Shown one piece after another: positions 28,970 to 38,958 of a stretch of 64,000 bases of DNA. The notes beneath the pieces were generated by a model that searched no databases, had not been told where the DNA came from, and was given only the letters and a program-made list of their open reading frames with translations. Position 1 is the first letter of the stretch. Each line of letters opens with the position of its first letter. A program made the translations under genes and the position numbers. Source of the stretch: Sulfurimonadaceae bacterium (lineage in GTDB: Bacteria > Campylobacterota > Campylobacteria > Campylobacterales > Sulfurimonadaceae); contig JBFESZ010000001.1 in the NCBI GenBank assembly GCA_041548245.1, forward strand, positions 1 through 64,000, given 5' to 3'.

Positions 28970-29452
28970 TTATGCCTGTGCTGCCTCGTGCTGTTTTTGA
29001 GCCTCTTGCATCGCGGCAATCTCAGAGAAGATTTGTGCCATACCCGTCATAGCAAGATGATACCCAAACGGACCGAACCCTATCACTGAGGATGCACATA
29101 CCGGTGCTATCATGTTTGTACGACGGAACTCTTCACGACGGTGAATGTTGGAGATATGTACTTCGATTGTAGGTAAAGCTACCGCTGCTATTGCATCACG
29201 GATAGCAATAGAAGTGTGTGTGTAAGCTGCCGGATTGATGATAATCCCATTCGCATCGCCTAGACATTCCTGGATTCGATCAACGATCTCACCTTCTAGG
29301 TTGCTTTGGAAAAATTCGATTTCAATCCCATTCTGTTGTGCAAACTCTTTCATCTGTGCATGGATCTGCTCTAATTTCATCGGTCCGTAAATATTTTGTT
29401 CACGAACTCCCAGCATGTTTAAGTTTGGCCCTTGAATAACTACAACTTTCAT
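28970..29452 (-). CDS. aroQ: Type II 3-dehydroquinate dehydratase
   Basis: [20 protein letters not shown] and [14 protein letters not shown]. Confidence 0.97.
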   Translation of the reverse strand: MKVVVIQGPNLNMLGVREQNIYGPMKLEQIHAQMKEFAQQNGIEIEFFQSNLEGEIVDRIQECLGDANGIIINPAAYTHTSIAIRDAIAAVALPTIEVHISNIHRREEFRRTNMIAPVCASSVIGFGPFGYHLAMTGMAQIFSEIAAMQEAQKQHEAAQA

Positions 29453-29536
29453 TATTTACCTTGTATCTAATTTTAAGGATATATTATACCTTTGTAAAGC
29501 ATAATTTTTTTTTAGTTTTATAAAGGCTTTTTAATT

Positions 29537-30757
29537 TTGAAAATACTGCACGCCTCCTACATCCTGTATAATAATAAAATACTAAGTGGAAAATCCCTCG
29601 CCTTCGACAAGCAAATCGAAAAAATAGCACCTCTTGATGAGCTGTTACAAATCTACCCTGATGCCGATGTTATCGATACACCACCCTATTCTGTAATCAT
29701 GCCGGGTCTGATCAATGCACATGTCCATCTCGAATTCTCGGCCAATAAAACAAAACTCAAATACGGCAAGTTCCTCCCATGGCTTCACAGTGTGATCGAA
29801 CACAGAGAAGAGCTGATCAACAACTGTGACATTGAATGCATGAAAAAAGCGACTCAGACGATGCTACGCTCAGGTATCACGACATTCGGGGCCATATCCT
29901 CTCACGGAATGGACCTTGAAGCTGCCGCACAGGCAAAACAGAACGTTGTTTTTTTCAATGAACTCATCGGTTCTCAAGCCAATATGGCTGATGCCCTTTT
30001 TGCTGATTTTAATGCCAGACTTAAAGCCTCGGAAGAGATCAAACGTGAAGGGTTTCATCCGGCAGTTGCCGTCCACTCCCCTTACTCCGTTCATCCAGCC
30101 TTGATAAAAAAGGGGATTGCCTTAGCTGTCCTACGTAACTATCCCCTCTCCGCTCACTACATGGAAAGCCCTGCCGAAAGGGAATGGCTGGATGAGAACA
30201 GTGGTGATTTTAAACCCTTTTTCAATGATTTTTTAAAACAGGATTATGCGGTAAACACCTCAAAAGAGTTTTTGGAACTCTTCAAAGAAATACCGACACT
30301 TTTCACCCATGTCATCCATGCGAATGATGACGAGTATAAAGAGCTTAAAAATTCAGGCCATACTATTATTCACTGTCCTATATCGAACCGTCTTCTTGGA
30401 AATGGGGCACTCAATCTCGACGATATAGAAGAACACCAGATAAAATGGCTTTGTGCGACAGACGGACTAAGCTCAAATTATGACCTCAACCTTTTTGAAG
30501 AGATGAAAATCGCTCTGTTTATGCATAAAGAAAGTGACCTTTTAGAGCTCGCTAAAAGACTGCTTAATGCGGTAACTGTGGATGCGGCAAATGCACTTAA
30601 ACTCAATACCGGAGAGATTTCCGAAGGGAAAAATGCAGATCTGATTGTCATCAATCTTGAAGAGGAACCGAATGATCAGTTGCCTATTCACCTGATTTTA
30701 CAGCGATTCCCAATTTCACACCGTTTTATCAACGGTACCTACACGGAGGTAGATTAA
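29537..30757 (+). CDS. Metal-dependent amidohydrolase, probable aminodeoxyfutalosine deaminase (Cj0067/HP0267-like)
   Basis: PGLINAHVHLE, HSPYS, HYMES, HCPISN and TDGLSSN; divergent from aroQ and upstream of sppA, as in C. jejuni. Confidence 0.8.
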   Translation: MKILHASYILYNNKILSGKSLAFDKQIEKIAPLDELLQIYPDADVIDTPPYSVIMPGLINAHVHLEFSANKTKLKYGKFLPWLHSVIEHREELINNCDIECMKKATQTMLRSGITTFGAISSHGMDLEAAAQAKQNVVFFNELIGSQANMADALFADFNARLKASEEIKREGFHPAVAVHSPYSVHPALIKKGIALAVLRNYPLSAHYMESPAEREWLDENSGDFKPFFNDFLKQDYAVNTSKEFLELFKEIPTLFTHVIHANDDEYKELKNSGHTIIHCPISNRLLGNGALNLDDIEEHQIKWLCATDGLSSNYDLNLFEEMKIALFMHKESDLLELAKRLLNAVTVDAANALKLNTGEISEGKNADLIVINLEEEPNDQLPIHLILQRFPISHRFINGTYTEVD

Positions 30758-30760
30758 ACC

Positions 30761-31627
30761 ATGGATGCTATCAAACAGTTTTTCTCACCCTTTCTCGCAG
30801 TGATGAAGTTTATACAAAATCATTTCAAAGCGATGCTCTTTCTTCTTATTCTCTTTATCATCTTTTCACCTGATGGTACAGAACTTAAGCAGCCAAACCT
30901 GGCCAAAGTGAAACTTGAAGGTATGATCATGGATGCTGGGCTAGTTGTTGATCAACTCGAAGAGGTCCGTAAAAATAGACATATCAAAGGTGTGCTCTTT
31001 GTCATCAATTCACCCGGCGGTGCTGTCTCACCCTCTATAGAGATCATGGAAGCCATCAAGCGTCTTAAAAAAGAAAAACCTGTAATTGCCTACGCTGCCG
31101 GCACACTTGCAAGCGGCTCTTACTATGCCTCTATCTATGCGAACAAGATCTATGCGAACCCTGGTTCTATGGTCGGTTCTATCGGTGTTATCATGCAGGG
31201 AAGTAATTTCTCCGAACTTGCACAAAAAATCGGTATCTCGGAGCAGACAGTCAAGGCGGGCAAATATAAAGAAGTAGGAACCTCTTCGCGACAATGGGAG
31301 GCTTATGAAAAAGCCGAACTGGAAAAGGTCGTTAATGACACATATGCACTTTTTGTCAAAGACGTCGCAAGTGCGCGCAAGCTTGATCCGGTTAAACATA
31401 CCGAATATGCAGACGCACATATCTTTACAGCCTCACAGGCAAAAGAGGTCGGTCTGATTGACCATATCGGCGTCGGCTATGATGCTGAACAGGCACTCAT
31501 CAAACTCTGTAAGATAGACAAACCTGTCTGGCTGCAAGAAGATAAAATCGAGTCTTTTATGCGTCAACTCAGTAGCCAGACCGCTTCATTCTTGGGGGCT
31601 TATCTCTCAGCACTCACACTTAAATAA
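30761..31627 (+). CDS. sppA: Signal peptide peptidase SppA (S49)
   Basis: INSPGG, ASGSYY, GSIGV and GKYKE motifs; N-terminal TM segment. Confidence 0.93.
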   Translation: MDAIKQFFSPFLAVMKFIQNHFKAMLFLLILFIIFSPDGTELKQPNLAKVKLEGMIMDAGLVVDQLEEVRKNRHIKGVLFVINSPGGAVSPSIEIMEAIKRLKKEKPVIAYAAGTLASGSYYASIYANKIYANPGSMVGSIGVIMQGSNFSELAQKIGISEQTVKAGKYKEVGTSSRQWEAYEKAELEKVVNDTYALFVKDVASARKLDPVKHTEYADAHIFTASQAKEVGLIDHIGVGYDAEQALIKLCKIDKPVWLQEDKIESFMRQLSSQTASFLGAYLSALTLK

Positions 31628-31649
31628 TCTAGAACTTTCAGGACAGACT

Positions 31650-32963
31650 CTAGCGTTTATCCCAACTTACCATTCCCCAACGCTCAAGATCCTCCTGGAG
31701 TCTCTTCATATCTCTATCTTCTTTATGGCAGGCAAAACAGGCATTCGTCTCAGAAGGCATACCATATTCTTGTGTTTTCTCCGGTGTTACAAAACCAAAA
31801 AGATGACTCCTGACAGTCAATGGTGATTGGCCGGTATGACGTCCTGTCTTAGGCATATGACACTCAACACAAAGAGAGCCTTTAGAGTCTGCTTTATGAT
31901 GCGTATGCTCTTGCAACTCCTTTTGATGAGGGCCGATGATCGATCCAAAAGAGTGACATTTCATGCAAAGTTCGTTTCCGGTATTTTTTTCAGCTGTCGG
32001 TTCAAGCGTATGCGGATTGTGACAATTGATACAGGTAATGCCATGCTTTGCTTTAATCGAATGAACAAACTCATTCCCCTGCGTTCTATTCTTTTTCCCT
32101 GAACCGTTTGCGTAAAACTCTTTACTCTCGTGTCCCATTGTAAAAGGTGCCGGCAATTTGTAGTCGCTTAACGGCTTGCCCGCTTCATATCCAAGAGGAT
32201 AATCTCTTGCATCCCCGAAGATATCTGCCATCCTTTGCTCTTTTAAACGGATATCCCTGTTCCTCATATGACACTGCAGACAAACCTCATTTTGCCTTAG
32301 CGGATCACTCAAAGAGGCTAGATAAACCTTTGAATCAGGATCTTGCACATGTGCTGAAGCCGGTCCATGACACGATTCACAGGCGATACCGGGTTCAATA
32401 CGTTTTTGTTGAGACATAAATCCGCTAAAATGGCATCCATCACAGGCTCGTGAAGTCGGAACTCCTCTATTCTCATGAACAAAAGCGTTCTCATACCAAT
32501 ATTTCCACGGTTTGAACGTTTGCCATTTTTTCGTCTGAACATTCCACTGGTAATTTCCCAGTATATAATCTTCAGTACCATTGATATCTTTTCTTATCAT
32601 ATACCGCTGTTTGAACTTTCCGCCCACGGTATAGACGGCATCCTCAAGTGTAAAATCAGCATCAACAGGAAGTTTTGAGAAGTCAGCAACGACTACAGAG
32701 GGGTCCTTCTTGATCTCTTGAATCATCTTTGGATGTCGGGATCCGTGCCAAGCTGCATGTTTTTCCTTATGACATTCAACACACTTGGAAGAACCTACAA
32801 AATGGGCCTTCTTCTGATCTCTGTTTTGTAAATCCTTCTTATTCCCTACCCGCTCTTGTGTCAATTGTTCATAAAACGGTAGAATCTTCACTGTATTGAA
32901 ATAAGCAAAGTAGACAGCAGCAAATAGTACAACTGCAAAACTCGTGATAAAAACTTTTTTCAT
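31650..32963 (-). CDS. Periplasmic or membrane-anchored octaheme c-type cytochrome
   Basis: Eight CxxCH motifs (CVECH, CDGCH, CESCH, CLQCH, CINCH, CMKCH, CVECH, CFACH) and an N-terminal MKK plus hydrophobic segment. Start at ATG 32963. Confidence 0.9.
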   Translation of the reverse strand: MKKVFITSFAVVLFAAVYFAYFNTVKILPFYEQLTQERVGNKKDLQNRDQKKAHFVGSSKCVECHKEKHAAWHGSRHPKMIQEIKKDPSVVVADFSKLPVDADFTLEDAVYTVGGKFKQRYMIRKDINGTEDYILGNYQWNVQTKKWQTFKPWKYWYENAFVHENRGVPTSRACDGCHFSGFMSQQKRIEPGIACESCHGPASAHVQDPDSKVYLASLSDPLRQNEVCLQCHMRNRDIRLKEQRMADIFGDARDYPLGYEAGKPLSDYKLPAPFTMGHESKEFYANGSGKKNRTQGNEFVHSIKAKHGITCINCHNPHTLEPTAEKNTGNELCMKCHSFGSIIGPHQKELQEHTHHKADSKGSLCVECHMPKTGRHTGQSPLTVRSHLFGFVTPEKTQEYGMPSETNACFACHKEDRDMKRLQEDLERWGMVSWDKR

Positions 32964-33123
32964 ATCTTTTTCCTGACAAATCAATATCTCTCTTGGCCTA
33001 CATCCAGTTTCACATCATAACATCTCTGTCTTTTTTTTCCAACCATCTTATTTATCAATATCTATTTTTTTCATCTTGTCGCTGTTTTAAAATAATGCTA
33101 CACTATAAAAAAACAAAGGGAGT

Positions 33124-34830
33124 ATGGTGCTCATTGCAATCATCGAAATATTAGCCTCTTTAGGTCTGTTTCTATTTGGTATGCTCTATTTGGAAGAACG
33201 TATCAAAAGTGCTTCCGGCCGTTCTTTCAAAAAGATGCTCAACCATGCAACGCGTACCAATATCCGTTCTCTCTCCCTAGGATTTACAGCCACCGCACTG
33301 TTCCAAAGCTCTTCCGTTGTATCCTTGATGACACTCTCGCTTATCGGGGCCGGTGTATTGAGCCTGCAAAACGGTATTGGAATCATCTTTGGCTCCAATA
33401 TCGGTACGACCGTCACCTCTTGGATCATAGCGCTTATCGGATTCAAGTTTGACATCAAACTACTGGCTTATTCTGTCATCGCCATCGGCGGTATAGGATC
33501 AATTCTTGTCGAAAAAGAGAACCGCTGGAAAAACTATTTTGGTGCAATGGTTGGTTTTGGTCTGATTTTTTTGGGCCTTGAAGGTATGAAAGACAGCTTC
33601 AGCTTTATCTCCAAAGACTTTGATCTAACACAATATCAACAGATCAACCTCTACCTATTTGTCTTCATCGGTGTCATCCTCACTGCTATAATACAGTCTA
33701 GTTCAGCTGCTATTGCCATAGCACAGAGTGCCCTGTTTACCCAACTCATCTCTTTTGAGATAGCTGCTCTTTTCATCATTGGTGCCAATGTCGGTACAAC
33801 CGTGACAATCCTTCTTGGATCTGTCGGTGGTTCACCGGATAAAAAGCGGGCAGCAGCCGTGCACTTTTTGTTCAATATTACCACGGCCATTGTTGCCTTA
33901 ATACTTATTTCTCCGTTGACACAGCTGACTTTTTTAATCATCTCTGTTAACGAGCCCATTATCGCTTTGGCACTTTTTCATACAATCTTTAATGTATTGG
34001 GTGTGCTCTTATGGTTTTTCTGGATCCCTGCTCTGGCCAAATTTTTAAACAAGAGATTCACCAAAGAGCCTTCTGTTCCCACTAAATACATTCATACCGT
34101 CAGTGTGAAAATCCCCGTTGTGGCTCTTGAGAGTCTGGAGCTAGAAATCCGTCATCTCATACAAAAAGTAAGTGATTTTTCTCTTTTAGCCATCAATATT
34201 GCCCCTCCTCAGGCATTAGAAAAACATCATGCCATTGACAAGCTGCTTGATCGTTCCAAAGAACCTTTGGAAGTCTCCTATGTGAAACTGTATACACAGT
34301 TGCAAGAGCTTGAGGGAGAAATCTACAATTACGCTTCCTCTCTCTCCTTGTATATCAGCGAAGAGAAACAGCAAAAACGCCTTTTAAGCCTGACTGATAT
34401 CGCGACCCGGCTTGCGTCGGCTTCCAAGGCCATCAAAGACATGTTGAACGATCTTGAACTTTTAGCTGGTATTGAAATCGCGAATGTACAGCACTTTTAT
34501 CACAATATCCGCTATCAGATCTTAAACAGCGTACTTATCTTCAACGACTTTATCAAGGGTGAAGACAGTGACCTAGGAAAGATGGAAGCGAATTTTTTAA
34601 AGATAGACAACTCATACAAAAGCACTCTGGATAACATCTCATCCATTGCCCAGCAACCGACACTAAGAAACAATGTCACGGCCATTGCAATCAACGACCT
34701 CCATCTTACGCGCCGTTTTACAAAGAACCTTTATCGTGCGCTCCAAGAATATGACAAGCTTAACAAGTCGGAAACTTCTTCTTTGATCGAAGAAAAAGAA
34801 CTCTCAGCCAATACTCCGGAAGAGAACTAA
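33124..34830 (+). CDS. Na+/Pi cotransporter family protein
   Basis: Duplicated QSSS and GSNIGTT/GANVGTT repeats, multiple TM segments and a PhoU-like helical C-terminus. Confidence 0.92.
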   Translation: MVLIAIIEILASLGLFLFGMLYLEERIKSASGRSFKKMLNHATRTNIRSLSLGFTATALFQSSSVVSLMTLSLIGAGVLSLQNGIGIIFGSNIGTTVTSWIIALIGFKFDIKLLAYSVIAIGGIGSILVEKENRWKNYFGAMVGFGLIFLGLEGMKDSFSFISKDFDLTQYQQINLYLFVFIGVILTAIIQSSSAAIAIAQSALFTQLISFEIAALFIIGANVGTTVTILLGSVGGSPDKKRAAAVHFLFNITTAIVALILISPLTQLTFLIISVNEPIIALALFHTIFNVLGVLLWFFWIPALAKFLNKRFTKEPSVPTKYIHTVSVKIPVVALESLELEIRHLIQKVSDFSLLAINIAPPQALEKHHAIDKLLDRSKEPLEVSYVKLYTQLQELEGEIYNYASSLSLYISEEKQQKRLLSLTDIATRLASASKAIKDMLNDLELLAGIEIANVQHFYHNIRYQILNSVLIFNDFIKGEDSDLGKMEANFLKIDNSYKSTLDNISSIAQQPTLRNNVTAIAINDLHLTRRFTKNLYRALQEYDKLNKSETSSLIEEKELSANTPEEN

Positions 34831-34886
34831 AAGATTCTATAGCTCTTTTTTCGGACATAATACAGTCTTAATCAAAACACTTCCTG

Positions 34887-35345
34887 CTATTTGATTTCAT
34901 AAGCATCAATAGGTGCTTCAAAGGCGATGAACAAAATACACTCTTCCCCTTTATGGCAATAAGCTTTATGAGGCTTTTTTGCTGGACCATATGCATAGCT
35001 ACCTCGTACGAGAAGATTGTTTTCCTCTTCTTGGTACTGTACATCCATTTTCCCACTGACAAGAACCATACGTTCAGGCGAAGTATGCCAATGAAGTGGT
35101 ATTTTATAATCCCCAGGGACTTTAAAAAACACATCACAGTTGGGTTTTGATGGATCTCCATGAAGCACTGCTATCTTACATGCCTCTCCTAGAAAAGCCG
35201 GACATGCACCCCATTTTAAATTTACATCTTTAGCCAATTTTGACAAAGAGAGTTCATCAGCCTGAGCTGTCAATACCAATAAAGACAAGAAGACCCAGAA
35301 AAACATTTTTCCCAGAACAGAAAAGAGAAAGTTTAGAATCAACAT
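34887..35345 (-). CDS. Secreted cupin-domain protein (DUF4437-like)
   Basis: Hydrophobic N-terminus; LHGDP, HWHTSPERMVLVSG and GPAKKPH cupin metal motifs. The start codon is uncertain. Confidence 0.78.
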   Translation of the reverse strand: MLILNFLFSVLGKMFFWVFLSLLVLTAQADELSLSKLAKDVNLKWGACPAFLGEACKIAVLHGDPSKPNCDVFFKVPGDYKIPLHWHTSPERMVLVSGKMDVQYQEEENNLLVRGSYAYGPAKKPHKAYCHKGEECILFIAFEAPIDAYEIK

Positions 35346-35512
35346 AAGGAATCCTTTCAATTGAGTTCTATATACTCTAAAAGAATGCCATGAATTCAAT
35401 ATTGTATCAATTAATTTTATATAATAAATTATAATATTAATATTTGATCGCAATCTACAATCCAATCCCTTTTCATATACGGAAAGACAAGAACTCGTGT
35501 TACAATAGTGCT

Positions 35513-36706
35513 ATGCAGACACTATTTTATTTAGGTATTATTTTTCTTTTAGGATCACTTACCCAATGGCTGATGAGCAAGCTTCCTGTTCCAAAAGTCG
35601 TGGGCTACCTTGTCTTAGGCTTGCTCATTGGACCCGAAGTGTTTAATATCATTCCTGAAAGTTTCATTCAAAACAGTCACTTCGTCATAGACATGTCTCT
35701 TTCCCTGATAGCTGTCATGATCGGTGCAACGTTAAAATTTTCGCAGATAAAAAAAGTTGGCAGACAGGTGATATTCATCACCCTTTTCGAGGGGACACTT
35801 GCCTTTATCGTGGTAAGTATAGGATTTTATCTGCTCTCAAGTCATCTCAACCTTTCTACAGAGTATGCCCTCGCCATATCCATACTCTTTGGTGGCCTTG
35901 CCGCTGCTACGGCTCCTGCTGCGACGATTGCTGTCATACATGAGTTAAAAGCCAAAGGAAAGTTCACAACGACACTTTTGGGCGTTGTCGCCTTGGATGA
36001 TGCCATGGCACTGCTCCTGTTTGCCTTGGCCATCACTATCAGCGATAGTATAATTGGTACAGGTGAGTTTCATCTTCTCGCTTTTGTCAATTCATTGACC
36101 GTCATCTCTCTTAGTGTCGTTATTGGCATTATCGGTGCCGTCATCTCAACCTTTATAGACAAACTCTTTTCTCACCATAAAGGGATGGAAACAATTTCAA
36201 CCCTTGGTCTGATATTTATTGTCTACAGCCTGAGTTTGTCATGGGGACTCGAAGCCATCCTTTCATCACTTGTGATGGGACTGTTCATGACCAACATCTC
36301 CGAAGACTTTGAGCTGATAGAAGAGGAGATAGACAATCATCTTGAAGAGATCATCTTTATGCTCTTTTTTATTCTATCGGCAATGCATCTGAAATTTGAG
36401 ATGATCTATACTATGCCTCTGGTACTGCTCACGTACATACTTCTGCGTATGCTCGGAAAAGTATCGGGAGCTTATTTAGGGGCCAAACTCTCGCATGCTG
36501 ATACGAAGACTCAAAAGTATATAGGTCTGGCCCTTTTCCCCCAAGCCGGGTTAGCCATCGGTCTGACACTCTCTTTACAAAATGATGCTGTATTCGCCCC
36601 CTTTGCACCTTTTGTCCTAAGTGTCATTATTTCGACAACGATCATCCATGAGCTCATTGGCCCGCTCCTGACAAGACATGTCCTTAAAAGAACCCATCAG
36701 TACTGA
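35513..36706 (+). CDS. Cation:proton antiporter (Na+/H+ exchanger family)
   Basis: PKVVGYLVLGLLIGP, ATAPAAT, VALDDA, PQAGLAIGL and ELIGP motifs; many TM segments. Start at ATG 35513. Confidence 0.9.
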   Translation: MQTLFYLGIIFLLGSLTQWLMSKLPVPKVVGYLVLGLLIGPEVFNIIPESFIQNSHFVIDMSLSLIAVMIGATLKFSQIKKVGRQVIFITLFEGTLAFIVVSIGFYLLSSHLNLSTEYALAISILFGGLAAATAPAATIAVIHELKAKGKFTTTLLGVVALDDAMALLLFALAITISDSIIGTGEFHLLAFVNSLTVISLSVVIGIIGAVISTFIDKLFSHHKGMETISTLGLIFIVYSLSLSWGLEAILSSLVMGLFMTNISEDFELIEEEIDNHLEEIIFMLFFILSAMHLKFEMIYTMPLVLLTYILLRMLGKVSGAYLGAKLSHADTKTQKYIGLALFPQAGLAIGLTLSLQNDAVFAPFAPFVLSVIISTTIIHELIGPLLTRHVLKRTHQY

Positions 36707-36804
36707 TAATAGATGTGTATAAGCGTACCAAATCGAAAAAACATTGCACTCTCTTTTTGATTTGAGCTATAGTTTTTCTGTACTTTTGATAGAATCGTCT
36801 ACAC

Positions 36805-37302
36805 ATGAAAAAAAAGTCTAATCCAATCAAACCAAATAAAAAAATCATCCAAACAAGCTTGGCAATTGTCGCATTTATTTTATTAATCTCGATTATCTTA
36901 TTAGTCAGTTCTTTATTGCCCAAGAAGAAGTCCTCTCTGGACCAACTTGGTTATACTTTTGGCAATAGCAGCATTGAGACACAAAGAAGATTCCAAATAG
37001 AATCACAAGAAGAAAACATCTATAACCTAGGCGAATACAAGGTCAACATCAGCAGTAACAACTATTTGATTCTTAATCTTTCGGTTAAATGCCAGGAAGA
37101 GTCATTCTCACTACTGCAACAGCATAAGATATTAATACAGAACGCTGTCATAGAGACCTTTTCGATGTATGGAGACAATTACTTCCCAGACACACCCAAA
37201 GGTAAGGAAACAATCAAAAGAAAGATAAAAGAAAACATCTCAAAGCATCTTGGCTGTCCGCTGGTTACAGATGTCTATTTCAATAAGTTTTTGATCCGTT
37301 AA
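36805..37302 (+). CDS. FliL-like flagellar basal-body-associated protein (orphan)
   Basis: One N-terminal TM segment; LGEYKVNI...YLILNLSV, IQNAVIE, KGKETIKRKIKENI and the terminal VTDVYFNKFLI match the FliL pattern. Confidence 0.78.
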   Translation: MKKKSNPIKPNKKIIQTSLAIVAFILLISIILLVSSLLPKKKSSLDQLGYTFGNSSIETQRRFQIESQEENIYNLGEYKVNISSNNYLILNLSVKCQEESFSLLQQHKILIQNAVIETFSMYGDNYFPDTPKGKETIKRKIKENISKHLGCPLVTDVYFNKFLIR

Positions 37303-37404
37303 TGTACTTCATACTATCTTAACTTTTTGTTTCTGATGATATACTTTATACTTATATTGGCGATAACCTAGCATAATTCGCCAACTATTCAAGAGGAAAA
37401 TAAA

Positions 37405-37761
37405 ATGTCAACACAACTTTCAAAGCTTCATGTTCGTTTCATCCAAAGTCAAAAGCAGTTTGCTTTGTTACGAGATGATGATAACAAAGGAGAAAAACTT
37501 CCCATCTCACAACTGTATGTCAAAGATAACAGCACGTTTTACATCATCATTGAAAGCCATACTATAAAAGAAGATGAAAAGGTCACCATACGCTTTGACG
37601 AATCCACACATGCTCTGAACACTCTTGAATGCAGAGTCACAAAACAGGAAATCGAACACGGAAGTGAAGCCTATGAAGACGCCCTTCTCTTTTTTAACAC
37701 AGACCCATCAAAGGTCAAGCAGCTCTTCTCTGTACATGTTGATACACTTGATGAGAAATAG
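37405..37761 (+). CDS. Hypothetical protein, distant pyridoxamine-5'-phosphate-oxidase-like split barrel
   Basis: 118 aa with RBS AGAGG; LSKLHVRFIQSQK...F N-terminus and a beta-rich core. The fold assignment is tentative. Confidence 0.55.
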   Translation: MSTQLSKLHVRFIQSQKQFALLRDDDNKGEKLPISQLYVKDNSTFYIIIESHTIKEDEKVTIRFDESTHALNTLECRVTKQEIEHGSEAYEDALLFFNTDPSKVKQLFSVHVDTLDEK

Positions 37762-37800
37762 AAATAGAATAAGAAACTTTTAATCAGGCAAATCATTTGC

Positions 37801-38925
37801 CTAGGCCTTTTTAAAAAAAGGCTTAGCCATAAAGTAAACAACAAAACCCCACAATATGACACTGCTTATCGTTGAGAGTAAACCGGCATGCTCATCCATA
37901 TGGACTAATGTTTGCGGATTAATCTTGGAGATATTGAATATATAATCCAGTCCCATACCAAAAAGAATACTGCCCACGATGATACTGCCCAGATAAATAT
38001 ACAAAGAGCGAGTTCCCAACATTTTTTTGACCACCCCTATCGTGACCGTATTGGTCGCAGGTCCTGCTGAGAGGAAGACAAAAGCCGCCCCCGCACTTAC
38101 ACCCGAGAGCATCAAAGCTGCCGCTATAGGAAGAGAAGCCGTTGCACAAACATACATCGGAATAGCAATTGCAATGACGATCAGGTAGGAGAGCCATGAG
38201 TACTCTATTAAGATCTCACTTAAATTCTGCGGTATTGCTATCGTTATCAAGGCTCCAATCAGAAGACCCCAGAACAGAGGTTTGGCAATGTCTGAAAGCA
38301 GTGTGACAAAGGCATATTTTAATGCCTTTGTCATTGAGAATCCTTTGTCCCTGTCACTATCACAACATGACGAAGATGAACAACAGCTTGCAGCTTCTTC
38401 CTCTTTACTTTCAGTTGAGAAGTTTGGGGTCGTTGCGAATGAAGCCATTTTTACCGGTGTCTGAGGGGATCCGACTGTTGTAAAAGCAGGTTTTTCCAAC
38501 TCATTTTCACTGCTCTTATCCCATACGTTTGTCAAAATACCTGCCACTGTGGCAATAATCATAGATGTAATGATACGGTACAAGGTAAAAGCCCAACCGA
38601 ACATCCCATAGGTTGCCAGAATGGAATCAACACCTGTTATTGGCGTCGAGATAAGAAAAGAGAGCGTTGCCCCCTTGGAGGCACCGCTTTTTTTAATACT
38701 TGTCGCTAAGGGAATAACACCACATGAACACACGGGAAGGGGTATACCAAAAACCGTCGATTTTACAACGGAGGCGATGCTCTCTTTTCCCAAGTGTTTC
38801 GTAACCAGAGTCTCCGGTACAAGCTCATGCAATAGACCTGCAAACAGAAGACCAAATAGAATGTATGGCGACATAGCATTGCTAAGATCAACGAGTGCAT
38901 CAAAAAACTCCAAAAGATACTCCAT
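37801..38925 (-). CDS. SO_0444/ArsP-type (DUF318) heavy-metal permease
   Basis: GIPLPVCSCGVIP, FLISTPITGVDS, PMYVCATASLP and AGPATN; central Cys-rich linker SCCSSSSCCD. Confidence 0.88.
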   Translation of the reverse strand: MEYLLEFFDALVDLSNAMSPYILFGLLFAGLLHELVPETLVTKHLGKESIASVVKSTVFGIPLPVCSCGVIPLATSIKKSGASKGATLSFLISTPITGVDSILATYGMFGWAFTLYRIITSMIIATVAGILTNVWDKSSENELEKPAFTTVGSPQTPVKMASFATTPNFSTESKEEEAASCCSSSSCCDSDRDKGFSMTKALKYAFVTLLSDIAKPLFWGLLIGALITIAIPQNLSEILIEYSWLSYLIVIAIAIPMYVCATASLPIAAALMLSGVSAGAAFVFLSAGPATNTVTIGVVKKMLGTRSLYIYLGSIIVGSILFGMGLDYIFNISKINPQTLVHMDEHAGLLSTISSVILWGFVVYFMAKPFFKKA

Positions 38926-38958
38926 TATACTCCCCTTTATATTCTTTTGTGCGAAAGT

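Noticed and set aside
29505-29513. Poly-T run in the aroQ/deaminase divergent promoter as a phase-variation tract
   Set aside because: Short A/T runs are common in this AT-rich intergenic DNA, and I saw no long poly-G/C tracts in the window.
31650-32963. Calling the cytochrome NrfA or octaheme nitrite reductase
   Set aside because: It has no CxxCK active-site motif and no nrfH-type partner nearby.
37357-37395. GGCGA...TTCGCC stem resembling the start of a fluoride riboswitch
   Set aside because: It lacks the GAUG loop and the downstream pseudoknot motif, the loop is too long, and no fluoride-related gene follows.
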